Shown in pieces: positions 19,028 through 29,420 of a DNA stretch of 64,000 nucleotides (position 1 is its first letter; each line of letters begins with the position of its first letter). The stretch spans positions 736,001-800,000 of the forward strand of contig CAWCLO010000004.1 in the NCBI GenBank assembly GCA_963796455.1. Direction: 5' to 3'. The translations under genes were made by a program, and so were the position numbers. The DNA comes from Candidatus Sulfomarinibacteraceae bacterium (GTDB lineage: Bacteria; Acidobacteriota; Thermoanaerobaculia; Thermoanaerobaculales; Sulfomarinibacteraceae). The notes beneath the pieces are model-generated. The model was not told where the DNA came from. It saw only the letters and a program-made list of their open reading frames with translations, and ran no database searches.

Positions 19028-19771
19028 ATGGCAAACCGCCAATCCCTCTCGGCCTCGCAGTGTGCGGATCTCATCCGCAACTCGAGTCGCGTCGCCGCCC
19101 TGACCGGAGCAGGCATCTCGACCACAGCTGGGATTCCGGATTTTCGCGGTCCTGAAGGGCTCTATGTCACTCGTCGCTATGACCCGGAGGCGGTCTTCGA
19201 TATCTGGTCGTTTCATCGCGACCCGGAACCGTTTTTTGATTTCACCCGCGATTTTCTTTCCACGATTCACTCCATCGAACCCACCCTGACGCACCGATTC
19301 CTGGCCGACCTCGAGCAGGACCGCAAGCTGACCGCTGTTGTCACCCAGAACATCGACTCTCTTCATCAAAAAGCCGGGTCGAGAAATGTCGTCTCCGTGC
19401 ACGGCGACTATTGGAAAAGCCACTGTCTGGTCTGCGCGGCAATCTACGACCTGGGGTATATGGAACAAGCAATCACCCAGGAGAAGGTGCCGCTTTGCAC
19501 TTGCGGCGGCGTCATCAAACCGGATGTCGTTTTTTTCGGTGAAACGGTCAAGAGCTTTGAGCGTGCCTCGAACATCGTCAAAGTCTGCGATCTGCTTTTT
19601 GTCCTCGGCTCGTCGCTCGCGGTCTACCCGGCCTCGATGCTGCCGGAGGCTGCCGGTGGCAAGGTTGTGGTCGTCAACAAGGGCGAGGTGAGCCTGGGTC
19701 CCGGGCCGACGCGATACTTCGTCGACGCGGATCTCGATTCCTTCTTTTCGTCGGTTGCCGACAAGATGTAA
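19028..19771 (+). CDS. cobB: Sir2/CobB-family NAD-dependent deacylase
   Basis: LTGAGIST.AGIPDFRG, TQNIDSLHQKAG, HG, CxxC...CxC zinc ligands, KPDVVFFGE, GSSLAVYPA. Confidence 0.92.
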   Translation: MANRQSLSASQCADLIRNSSRVAALTGAGISTTAGIPDFRGPEGLYVTRRYDPEAVFDIWSFHRDPEPFFDFTRDFLSTIHSIEPTLTHRFLADLEQDRKLTAVVTQNIDSLHQKAGSRNVVSVHGDYWKSHCLVCAAIYDLGYMEQAITQEKVPLCTCGGVIKPDVVFFGETVKSFERASNIVKVCDLLFVLGSSLAVYPASMLPEAAGGKVVVVNKGEVSLGPGPTRYFVDADLDSFFSSVADKM

Positions 19772-19946
19772 CCCGGCAAATACATGATCCGGCCATCGGC
19801 TCGAGTTGGACAAGGTGGTCAGTAACTTGTCACCTTATGCAGCAACTCAACATCTGGAGTTGTCTGCTATTGGGTGTAGATATCGTTTTCATGGACTAAA
19901 CCCCGTGTTGGCCGAGTTTATGCCGGAGAAGGAAATGCTGGTGTTA

Positions 19947-19961
19947 TGGCACGATCCGTGC
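19947..19961 (+). promoter_or_regulatory. Candidate sigma54 (-24/-12) promoter
   Basis: TGGCACGATCCGTGC matches TGGCAC-N5-TTGC with one mismatch; GG-N10-GC spacing exact. Confidence 0.65.
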
Positions 19962-19972
19962 GTATATCCTTC

Positions 19973-20149
19973 TCGAGGAATGCGCTCGTTGGGGGTTTAT
20001 AGCGCCGACTCCACTGCTCGAGTCCCTGACGAACGAGACCCAGAGTTCGGTTTGATTGTGGCTGATAGGTAGGATCAAGTCGCGGGGACAAACCGAATTC
20101 CTCCTCCTGCGGACCCGGTCGGATCCCTCCATCCGGCCGGGCCTTTTTT
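19973..20149 (+). ncRNA. Candidate sigma54-dependent structured sRNA (~175 nt)
   Basis: Bounded by the sigma54 motif and an intrinsic terminator; stems 19985-20037, 20043-20100 and 20114-20141; G-U pairs favour the + strand. Confidence 0.5.
20114..20149 (+). terminator. Intrinsic terminator
   Basis: CCCGGTCGGAT-ccctcc-ATCCGGCCGGG followed by CC and T6. Confidence 0.8.
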
Positions 20150-20221
20150 CGACCGGGACGCTTGATCTGGAATCTGCCGTGGACCACGAATACAGTTGAG
20201 GGACACCGGCGAGACCGGATT

Positions 20222-22075
20222 TCAGTCTTTTTGTGCGGCAAGAATGCCCAGGCGTTTCATTTTCATGGTCAAACCGTTGCGGGTGACCCCGAGGAGGCGG
20301 GCGGACTCGGAGTGATTGCCCCTCGAGACCTCGAGAGCCCGTTCGATGATTCGCTTCTCGACCGCGTCCATGTGGTGTTTGAGGTCGAGGTTTGCGGTGT
20401 CGCTTTCGAATTCATCGAGACTGACGTCGGAAAGGACCGAAGGTGAGATCATCGAGCTCTCGATGGCGCGGCCGGCTGGGCAAGCCGTTACGAGGCGGTT
20501 CAACTCGCGCTGCAGCTGCCGCACGTTTCCGGGCCAGCCGGCGGATTGCAGGGCCTCGAGCGCACCGATCGACAAACCGCGAACGCTGTTTCCGTTCTCG
20601 GCAACTGCGTGATCGAGAAAGTGCCGAGCGAGAACCGGAATGTCGTCGCGACGTCTGCGGAGAGGCGGCACGTGGACTTCGCAGCCCGCGATCCGATAAA
20701 AGAGGTCTTTGCGGAATTGGCCGTCGTGGACGCGCTGCTCGAGATCCGTGTTGGTTGCGGCCACAACCCGGACGTTGACCGCGATCGGGGAAGCCGCCCC
20801 GAGCGGCTGCACCTCGCCCTCCTGGAGGGCGCGGAGCAGCTTCGCCTGAAGGGCGGGGTCCATGTCGCCGATCTCGTCGAGAAAAAGAATGCCTCCATGG
20901 GCGAGGCGAAGCTTGCCCCTCCGGCGCGTCACCCCGGTGGCCACTCCGGCCTCGATCCCAAAGAGCTCAGCCTCGAGAAGGTCCGCCGGGATGGCGGTAC
21001 AGTTGACGGTCTGGAGGGGGCCGGCCGCACGATCCGAAGATGCGTGGAGGATCCGAACGATGTGTTCTTTGCCGACGCCGGTTTCGCCTGTGACCAGAAC
21101 CGGCATACTGCCTTTGAGCAGCGTCGCGAGCTGGCGGTAGAGCGAGCGCATCACCGGCGTTCGACCAACAACATGCCATTCCGGGAATTTGAGATCCTGA
21201 TCAAACGGCGGTTTTTCCGGCTGATCGATCTCGTGAACCGGAATGGTGGCCGACTGGAACATGCGAAGGGCCACTTCGAGGAAAGGCTGCCCTGTGGGCC
21301 CGATATCGTTGGCGACTACCACCAGGGCGGCCTCCCAACTCTCGGGCCCCCAGGCCACAGCGATTGATGTGGCGGGTTGGGTGGCGATCTCGTGAGACGA
21401 CATGCCGCTCGAATGATCCGGCGAAGAGCGGAGCGCCTCGAAAGACGCGGTTTCGTGCCACTGGTCGAGCAACGAGAGGTCACCGGTAGCGGCCTGGACC
21501 AGCGCACTTTTCTTGGGGCTTCGAGAAAGCAGCGCCACCGCTTCGGCCTCCAGGGCCTCGGCAAGGTGTTCCATCGCACCCTCCACATCCGGTGACCAGC
21601 GGCTGATGAGTCGGGAGGCGCACTCGTTCAAAACATCAGGCCACTTGATGGAGCTTCGCGGCGTGATGCCGATCTCCGTCGTGCAGTCCTCATCGGTCGG
21701 GCTGACGGCCGCGGGTTTGTCTTGCTCCGAGAGGGTGATGGCAAGTTCGTGTTCTTCAACCGACAGCGACTCGAATGTCAGGACGACCGGACCGAATTGA
21801 ACCCAGTCGTTTTCGGCGAGATCCGCCTTCCGTACCCTGACGCCGTTGACATAGGTGCCGTTGGTGCTTCCGAGGTCTTCAAGACGAACACCATCGGAAT
21901 TCACCTTCAATACCGCGTGTCGCCGGGAGACCTGCCGGGCAGGAATGTGGATCGTGTTTTTGGGGTCGGCGCCGACTGGATTTTCGCCGAGTTGCAGCAC
22001 GAAGAGCCTTGCTTCGCCCTGGAGGTCGCCATGGAGACGGAAAATGGTACCGACACCACCGGTGCTCGGAATCAT
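20222..22075 (-). CDS. FHA domain + sigma54-interacting AAA+ + Fis-type HTH transcriptional activator
   Basis: AGGAGG RBS; FHA VSRRHA...DLGSTNGTYVNG; GETGVGKE, AELFG-GVATGV, LFLDEIGDM, RKDLFYR, WPGNVRQL, C-terminal HTH. Confidence 0.92.
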   Translation of the reverse strand: MIPSTGGVGTIFRLHGDLQGEARLFVLQLGENPVGADPKNTIHIPARQVSRRHAVLKVNSDGVRLEDLGSTNGTYVNGVRVRKADLAENDWVQFGPVVLTFESLSVEEHELAITLSEQDKPAAVSPTDEDCTTEIGITPRSSIKWPDVLNECASRLISRWSPDVEGAMEHLAEALEAEAVALLSRSPKKSALVQAATGDLSLLDQWHETASFEALRSSPDHSSGMSSHEIATQPATSIAVAWGPESWEAALVVVANDIGPTGQPFLEVALRMFQSATIPVHEIDQPEKPPFDQDLKFPEWHVVGRTPVMRSLYRQLATLLKGSMPVLVTGETGVGKEHIVRILHASSDRAAGPLQTVNCTAIPADLLEAELFGIEAGVATGVTRRRGKLRLAHGGILFLDEIGDMDPALQAKLLRALQEGEVQPLGAASPIAVNVRVVAATNTDLEQRVHDGQFRKDLFYRIAGCEVHVPPLRRRRDDIPVLARHFLDHAVAENGNSVRGLSIGALEALQSAGWPGNVRQLQRELNRLVTACPAGRAIESSMISPSVLSDVSLDEFESDTANLDLKHHMDAVEKRIIERALEVSRGNHSESARLLGVTRNGLTMKMKRLGILAAQKD

Positions 22076-22107
22076 GGGATGCCCTCCTGCGACGATTCTA
22101 CAATGGC

Positions 22108-22413
22108 TCAACCCTTCGTGCGATCGAGAACCTCCTGGAGGAGGATCCCCGGTAGCAGATCTGGATCCAGGTGTTTGCTGAGATCAAGGGCGGCGGCCGC
22201 GGCTGACTCCGTTTTACCCGCGGCTTCCAGCGAAACAAACCGGACCGCCAAAGCGAGTTCCAGTATCTCGAGGTCAACGAAGTCCCATTTCGAACCCTGA
22301 TTCAGCCTCGAGATCAGTCGGTCGACTCGGTTCCAGTGGTGGCGTCCGTCGGTTCCATGCCCTCCCCGGAATCCGCCGCATGCATCGACGGATTCGCGAT
22401 GAGAGTACGCCAT
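22108..22413 (-). CDS. Hypothetical protein (101 aa)
   Basis: GGAG RBS before ATG at 22413; co-oriented and 32 nt upstream of the FHA activator. Confidence 0.45.
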   Translation of the reverse strand: MAYSHRESVDACGGFRGGHGTDGRHHWNRVDRLISRLNQGSKWDFVDLEILELALAVRFVSLEAAGKTESAAAAALDLSKHLDPDLLPGILLQEVLDRTKG

Positions 22414-22480
22414 ATGCCGACTCCACCGGAAATTGTCCCGGATACCGGTTATATTCTGGGGTCGTGGAATTGGAGGGATC

Positions 22481-24832
22481 ATGAGACGAGCTGCGCCCTT
22501 GCTGGTGGGTGTGTTGTTGGTGTCTCTCGTTGCGACCGGTGCCGAGACGCACCGAACGAGCTCGCTGGCAAAGGCCGAAGGCGATGCCGGCATCTCGGGG
22601 AGGGTGACCGACACCTCGGACGGATCGGGCATCGAAGGCATTCAGGTTCACATCTACGAACTCGGCGCTCCCGGAATCGAAGTGGCGATTCTGTGGACCG
22701 ATGTCGACGGGTATTTTGCCAGCGAAGATCCTTTGAGTCCGGGTGTTCACTTTGCACGGACCGTCGACACCTTAGGATTTGTCGACGAAATATTTGACGG
22801 GTTGCCGTGCCCCTTTTCGTGCAACGTTGAAGATGGAACGCAGATTGTCGTCGCTGAAGGAGAGGTCTCGGTCGCCGACTTCGGACTCGATCCGGCCGCA
22901 TCGATTTCAGGAACGGTCGAAAGTTCGGTGGCGGAGCCCTCCGCCATCGCAGACGCAGAGATCATGTTCTTCGATCTCGGGGGTGCCTACCAGACATCGG
23001 CGTGGAGCGACGGAGGAGGCGCCTGGGACACTGGTGCAATATTCCCTGCCGGCACATTTTTCGCCCGGGTCTCACGGGCCGAAGGCCATCTCGGTGAGCT
23101 TTACGACGACTTCAACTGTCCATTCCACCCTGCATCGTGTGACCCGACGACCGGCACGCCGATCGAAGTGGCGTCCGGGGATATCTTAACTGGGCACGAC
23201 TTTGTCCTCGACCCTGGCGGAACGATTTCGGGTGAGGTCACCGACACCTTTCTCGAGTCCGGTGTCTCGGGAGCCGCCCTGGCTCTTTTTAACCTCGACG
23301 GGATCCAGGTGTCGACCGCTTTCTCGGAGGCCGGCGGGATCTACTCCAGTGATGACGGTTTGGTTCCTGGTACATATTTCGTGCTTCTGAATGATTCAGG
23401 CTTCTCGCCGCTGATCGAGGAGCTCTACGACGACCTCTGGTGCCCGGATGGATGTGATCCAACCGCTGGAACGCCTGTGCCGGTCACGGCGGCGGAAACC
23501 GTGGTCGACATCGATTTCAACCTCGAGCGTTTTGGCGCCGTTTCCGGCAGACTCGTCGCGCAGGACACCGGAGAGGGCATCCCGAACTCCTACGTGGAAA
23601 TCTATGACCTTGGCGGAGGATGGGTGGCGACCGCCACAGAGGAGTCAGGGTCGGGAATGTGGATCACCGAAGAGAGCATACTTCCTGGCCAGTATTACGC
23701 GAGGTCGGTGAATCCGGGCGGCTACATCGATCAGGTCTACGACGGCATCGACTGTTTCGCCTGTGACGTCACGACCGGGACTCCCTTCGGGGTCGATTCC
23801 GGGGCTGTAACGGGAGACATCGATTTTGTCCTCGAACGCGGCAGCTCGATCTCGGGTCTGGTGACCGACGCCAACGGCTTTGGCGCGATCCCGAATGTGG
23901 CAATCGGTATTTTCGACACCAGCGGCGTTTTGGTCACTGCAACCGGGAGCGATGGCTCCGGCCGATACCAGACGGAAGCAGCGCTTGCGGCCGGTACCTA
24001 CTTGATTCAGACATACAACGAACTCGGCTACATCGAAAAGGTCTGGAATGACGTGGTGTGCAACGGTTGTGACATCACCCAGGTCGGCACGCCGTTGGAA
24101 GTGCCGGCGGCCACCGATGTCACCGATATCGATTTTGTCCTTTTCAAGGGCGCATCGATCGCTGGGAGGGTAACGGTTGCCGGAACCGAATTCGGTGTCG
24201 ACAGTGTCCTCGTCGGCATTTTTGATGACAATGGCCAACCGGTGACCTCTGCCGTGGCGGACGGCATCGGGAACTACGTCACCGAAGCGGTGCTCGCCCC
24301 GGGGTTCTATCGAGCGATGACCGTCGACAGCCGCGACTTTCTACCCGAGCTCTACCAGGAGATTCCGTGCGCCTTCGGCTGCGAAATCATGGATGGCGAT
24401 GCCATCGATCTCGGCCCGGCACAGGCGCTCGTGGGTATCGATTTCACCCTCGAACTCGGAGGTTGGATTTCTGGGACGGTGGTCGATGCCGTGAACTCGA
24501 ACCCGATCGAAGGCATCGAGATCGGCATCTACGACAGCACCGGTGTGCTGGTGACTGGGGCGACAAGCGATTTCGATGGTAATTGGGAGTGCGACCCGGT
24601 GCTTCCGTCGGGCGATTATTATGTCGCTACCGTCAGCAGCTTGGTCTGGCTCGATCAACTCCATGACGGAGTCGCGTGCGAAGATGGATGCGATGTCACC
24701 AGTGGTTTGGCGGTGGCGGTGGCCGCTGAGACGGGTTCGGCGGGGATCGCGTTTGTTATGGAAATGGATCCCGTCGTCTTCACCGACGGTTTCGAGTCGG
24801 GAGATCTGAACGGCTGGTCCGGCGTCCAGTAG
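22481..24832 (+). CDS. Secreted protein with seven carboxypeptidase-regulatory-like repeats bearing Cys loops, and a C-terminal FTDGFESG-x4-W motif
   Basis: GGAGG RBS; signal peptide; seven ~100-aa units starting (I/V)(S/A)GxV/L, each with a C-x(2-6)-C loop. Confidence 0.85.
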   Translation: MRRAAPLLVGVLLVSLVATGAETHRTSSLAKAEGDAGISGRVTDTSDGSGIEGIQVHIYELGAPGIEVAILWTDVDGYFASEDPLSPGVHFARTVDTLGFVDEIFDGLPCPFSCNVEDGTQIVVAEGEVSVADFGLDPAASISGTVESSVAEPSAIADAEIMFFDLGGAYQTSAWSDGGGAWDTGAIFPAGTFFARVSRAEGHLGELYDDFNCPFHPASCDPTTGTPIEVASGDILTGHDFVLDPGGTISGEVTDTFLESGVSGAALALFNLDGIQVSTAFSEAGGIYSSDDGLVPGTYFVLLNDSGFSPLIEELYDDLWCPDGCDPTAGTPVPVTAAETVVDIDFNLERFGAVSGRLVAQDTGEGIPNSYVEIYDLGGGWVATATEESGSGMWITEESILPGQYYARSVNPGGYIDQVYDGIDCFACDVTTGTPFGVDSGAVTGDIDFVLERGSSISGLVTDANGFGAIPNVAIGIFDTSGVLVTATGSDGSGRYQTEAALAAGTYLIQTYNELGYIEKVWNDVVCNGCDITQVGTPLEVPAATDVTDIDFVLFKGASIAGRVTVAGTEFGVDSVLVGIFDDNGQPVTSAVADGIGNYVTEAVLAPGFYRAMTVDSRDFLPELYQEIPCAFGCEIMDGDAIDLGPAQALVGIDFTLELGGWISGTVVDAVNSNPIEGIEIGIYDSTGVLVTGATSDFDGNWECDPVLPSGDYYVATVSSLVWLDQLHDGVACEDGCDVTSGLAVAVAAETGSAGIAFVMEMDPVVFTDGFESGDLNGWSGVQ

Positions 24833-24849
24833 GATTCGCGGCGACGGAG

Positions 24850-27513
<2,664 letters not shown>

Positions 27514-27516
27514 GGC

Positions 27517-28458
27517 TCAAGCTCCATTCCGAACCGAAATGATCTGGGCGGCGAGGCTGACTGCGATTTCTTCGGGAGTGTGGCTGCCGATCGAGAGACC
27601 GAGGGGAGCATGGACGCGGTCGAGATCGGAGGCATCGACGCCATCGGCCTTCATCGCTGCAAACATCTGCGCGACCTTGGCTTTGCTGCCGAGGAGGCCG
27701 ATATAGGCCAGTTCTTTGTCCAGGAGGCCCTCCAGAACCTTGCGGTCGTGGATGTGCCCAAAGGTCATGATCGCCGCCCAGGATCGGTCGCCGCCGGCAA
27801 CATGTTCTGCGATCGCGTCGTAGTCGACGATTTTCTTTTCGTGGGCGAAGTTGTTGGCCGCGAGGGTCGGGAGATTTTCGCGGTTGTCGAGTACGACGAT
27901 TCGGTAGGGGAGAGTGGCCATGAGCCTGGAGACAGCGAGTGAGACGTGGCCTCCACCGACGATATAGAGGGTGTCGAGGAGTCCGATGGGACCGGAATAG
28001 GACCACGAGTCGCCACCGTCTGAAAATGTGTCGGGCTGGGCTTCCCCCGGCTCGAATGCGAGCCCCTGTGGGGAAAGACGGATGGTACCGGTGCGATGTT
28101 TTGCGAGGGTTTTGACGATGGATCCCAGAGCATCTGCGTCTGTGCTCGACAACTCCGTGACTGCAAAGACCTGCAGCCCGGAGCACAGGGTCCCACCCTC
28201 TCCCGGAGTGTGGCGGAACGGAATGATCACCGGCCCGCCGGAGTGTGCCTGCGCTGTTTCGACGAGTTGTTGCTCTGCCGCTCCGCCTCCGATCGTGCCC
28301 GCCAGACCTTGATCCGAGATAACGGCCCGGGTCCCGGTGACGCCTGGGACCGAGCCCGAGTGGTCGACTACGAAGACCAGCTTCGTAGGATGTCCGGCTT
28401 GAAGGGAGTCGAGCGCGTGTTGCCAGGGTTTGATGGCGTTTTCGGTGCTGTGGTCCAT
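27517..28458 (-). CDS. xdhC: XdhC/CoxI Moco-insertion accessory protein
   Basis: GSVPG, GTIGGG, C.G, GGGHVS, MTFGHIHD, YIGLLGSKAK, HAPLGLSIGSHTPEEIAVS. Confidence 0.9.
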   Translation of the reverse strand: MDHSTENAIKPWQHALDSLQAGHPTKLVFVVDHSGSVPGVTGTRAVISDQGLAGTIGGGAAEQQLVETAQAHSGGPVIIPFRHTPGEGGTLCSGLQVFAVTELSSTDADALGSIVKTLAKHRTGTIRLSPQGLAFEPGEAQPDTFSDGGDSWSYSGPIGLLDTLYIVGGGHVSLAVSRLMATLPYRIVVLDNRENLPTLAANNFAHEKKIVDYDAIAEHVAGGDRSWAAIMTFGHIHDRKVLEGLLDKELAYIGLLGSKAKVAQMFAAMKADGVDASDLDRVHAPLGLSIGSHTPEEIAVSLAAQIISVRNGA

Positions 28459-28504
28459 TGAGGGATTGTAGCCGAGCGGTGAGATTCAGGCGCAATAGTC
28501 CGGA

Positions 28505-29412
28505 AAACCACAGCGGCACGGAGACACGGGGCTTGCCCACATGTCCGATGCGGACGATCCGTGTTCCGGAGAAACCGCAGATCACGCAGATGGACGCAGA
28601 TCCATCGCAAAAGGTGTCGTCGCAAACACGAAGACATAAAGACACGAAGGAGTCACACTAAGAAAACCACAGAGGCACGGAGACACAGAGAGGGAACACA
28701 GAGGGCTGGCGCAAAGGCCCACAGAACACACAGAAAAACACAGAAGCCATCGCAAAGGGACGACCGGAGTGCAGCCGGGACGGCTGCACCACCATGGTGG
28801 TGCACGCGTCTCGCGTGCACATGGTTGAACCGCAGACGCGGTTGGCGAGCTTGTACGGGGTGCCATCAGTGTCGGCAGATCGACAGACGATCTCCGATCG
28901 CCCGACGCCGGTGGGAAGCGGGGTGACTCCGACCGCCAGCGCTCGGAGTCACCCCGCTTCCCACCGGCCGGCACGCCTCCGGCATGCCGGTTCTGCCTTG
29001 CATCGGCGACATCCTCCCTTGATTGAAGGAAAGGGGAGGAAGGAGGCGAGGCCTGCGCGGTCGCGCAGGGCCGCTGGGTCAGGAAACCACGACGAAAGCT
29101 GGTTTTCGGAGCGGTTTCCTTACCCAGCGGTATCTGGCCGCCGGATGGCGGCCAGGACCTCGCCGGGCTGAAAGATCCTACGGGAAGTCCTCTGCGTCTT
29201 TGCGCCTTTGCGTCTCTGCGTTAAAAACTCGGGAGGCGGACGTGGTTTGTTTGCAGCGGTAGCTGATGCCCCGAAATCAGGCTGTCATCTGCGTCCATCT
29301 GCGTTATCTGCGGGCAAATTGCGCTGCTTTGTGATGTCTTCGTGCCTTGGTGTCTTGGTGGTTGCGACGGGAACCGCTCGGGTCTCTGGGTCGGCTCTGG
29401 GCCTCTGTGGTT
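28505..29412. repeat. Composite nested-palindromic intergenic element, copy 1
   Basis: Same module order and near-identical core as the copies at 50703, 53401 and 55260, e.g. GGAGTGCAGCCGGGACGGCTGCACCACCATGGTGGTGCACGCGTCTCGCGTGCACATGG. Confidence 0.92.
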
Positions 29413-29420
29413 CTGCGTTG

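Noticed and set aside
19028..19771. Sir2 protein as an anti-phage defence effector
   Set aside because: It has canonical CobB-type motifs with a zinc site and no defence partner genes.
19806..20072. 88-aa + strand ORF downstream of cobB
   Set aside because: TTG start without RBS, atypical composition, and it overlaps the sigma54 motif and RNA stems.
28505..29412. Composite repeats as a CRISPR array
   Set aside because: No regular repeat-spacer period; the sequences between palindromes are conserved across copies; no cas genes in the window.
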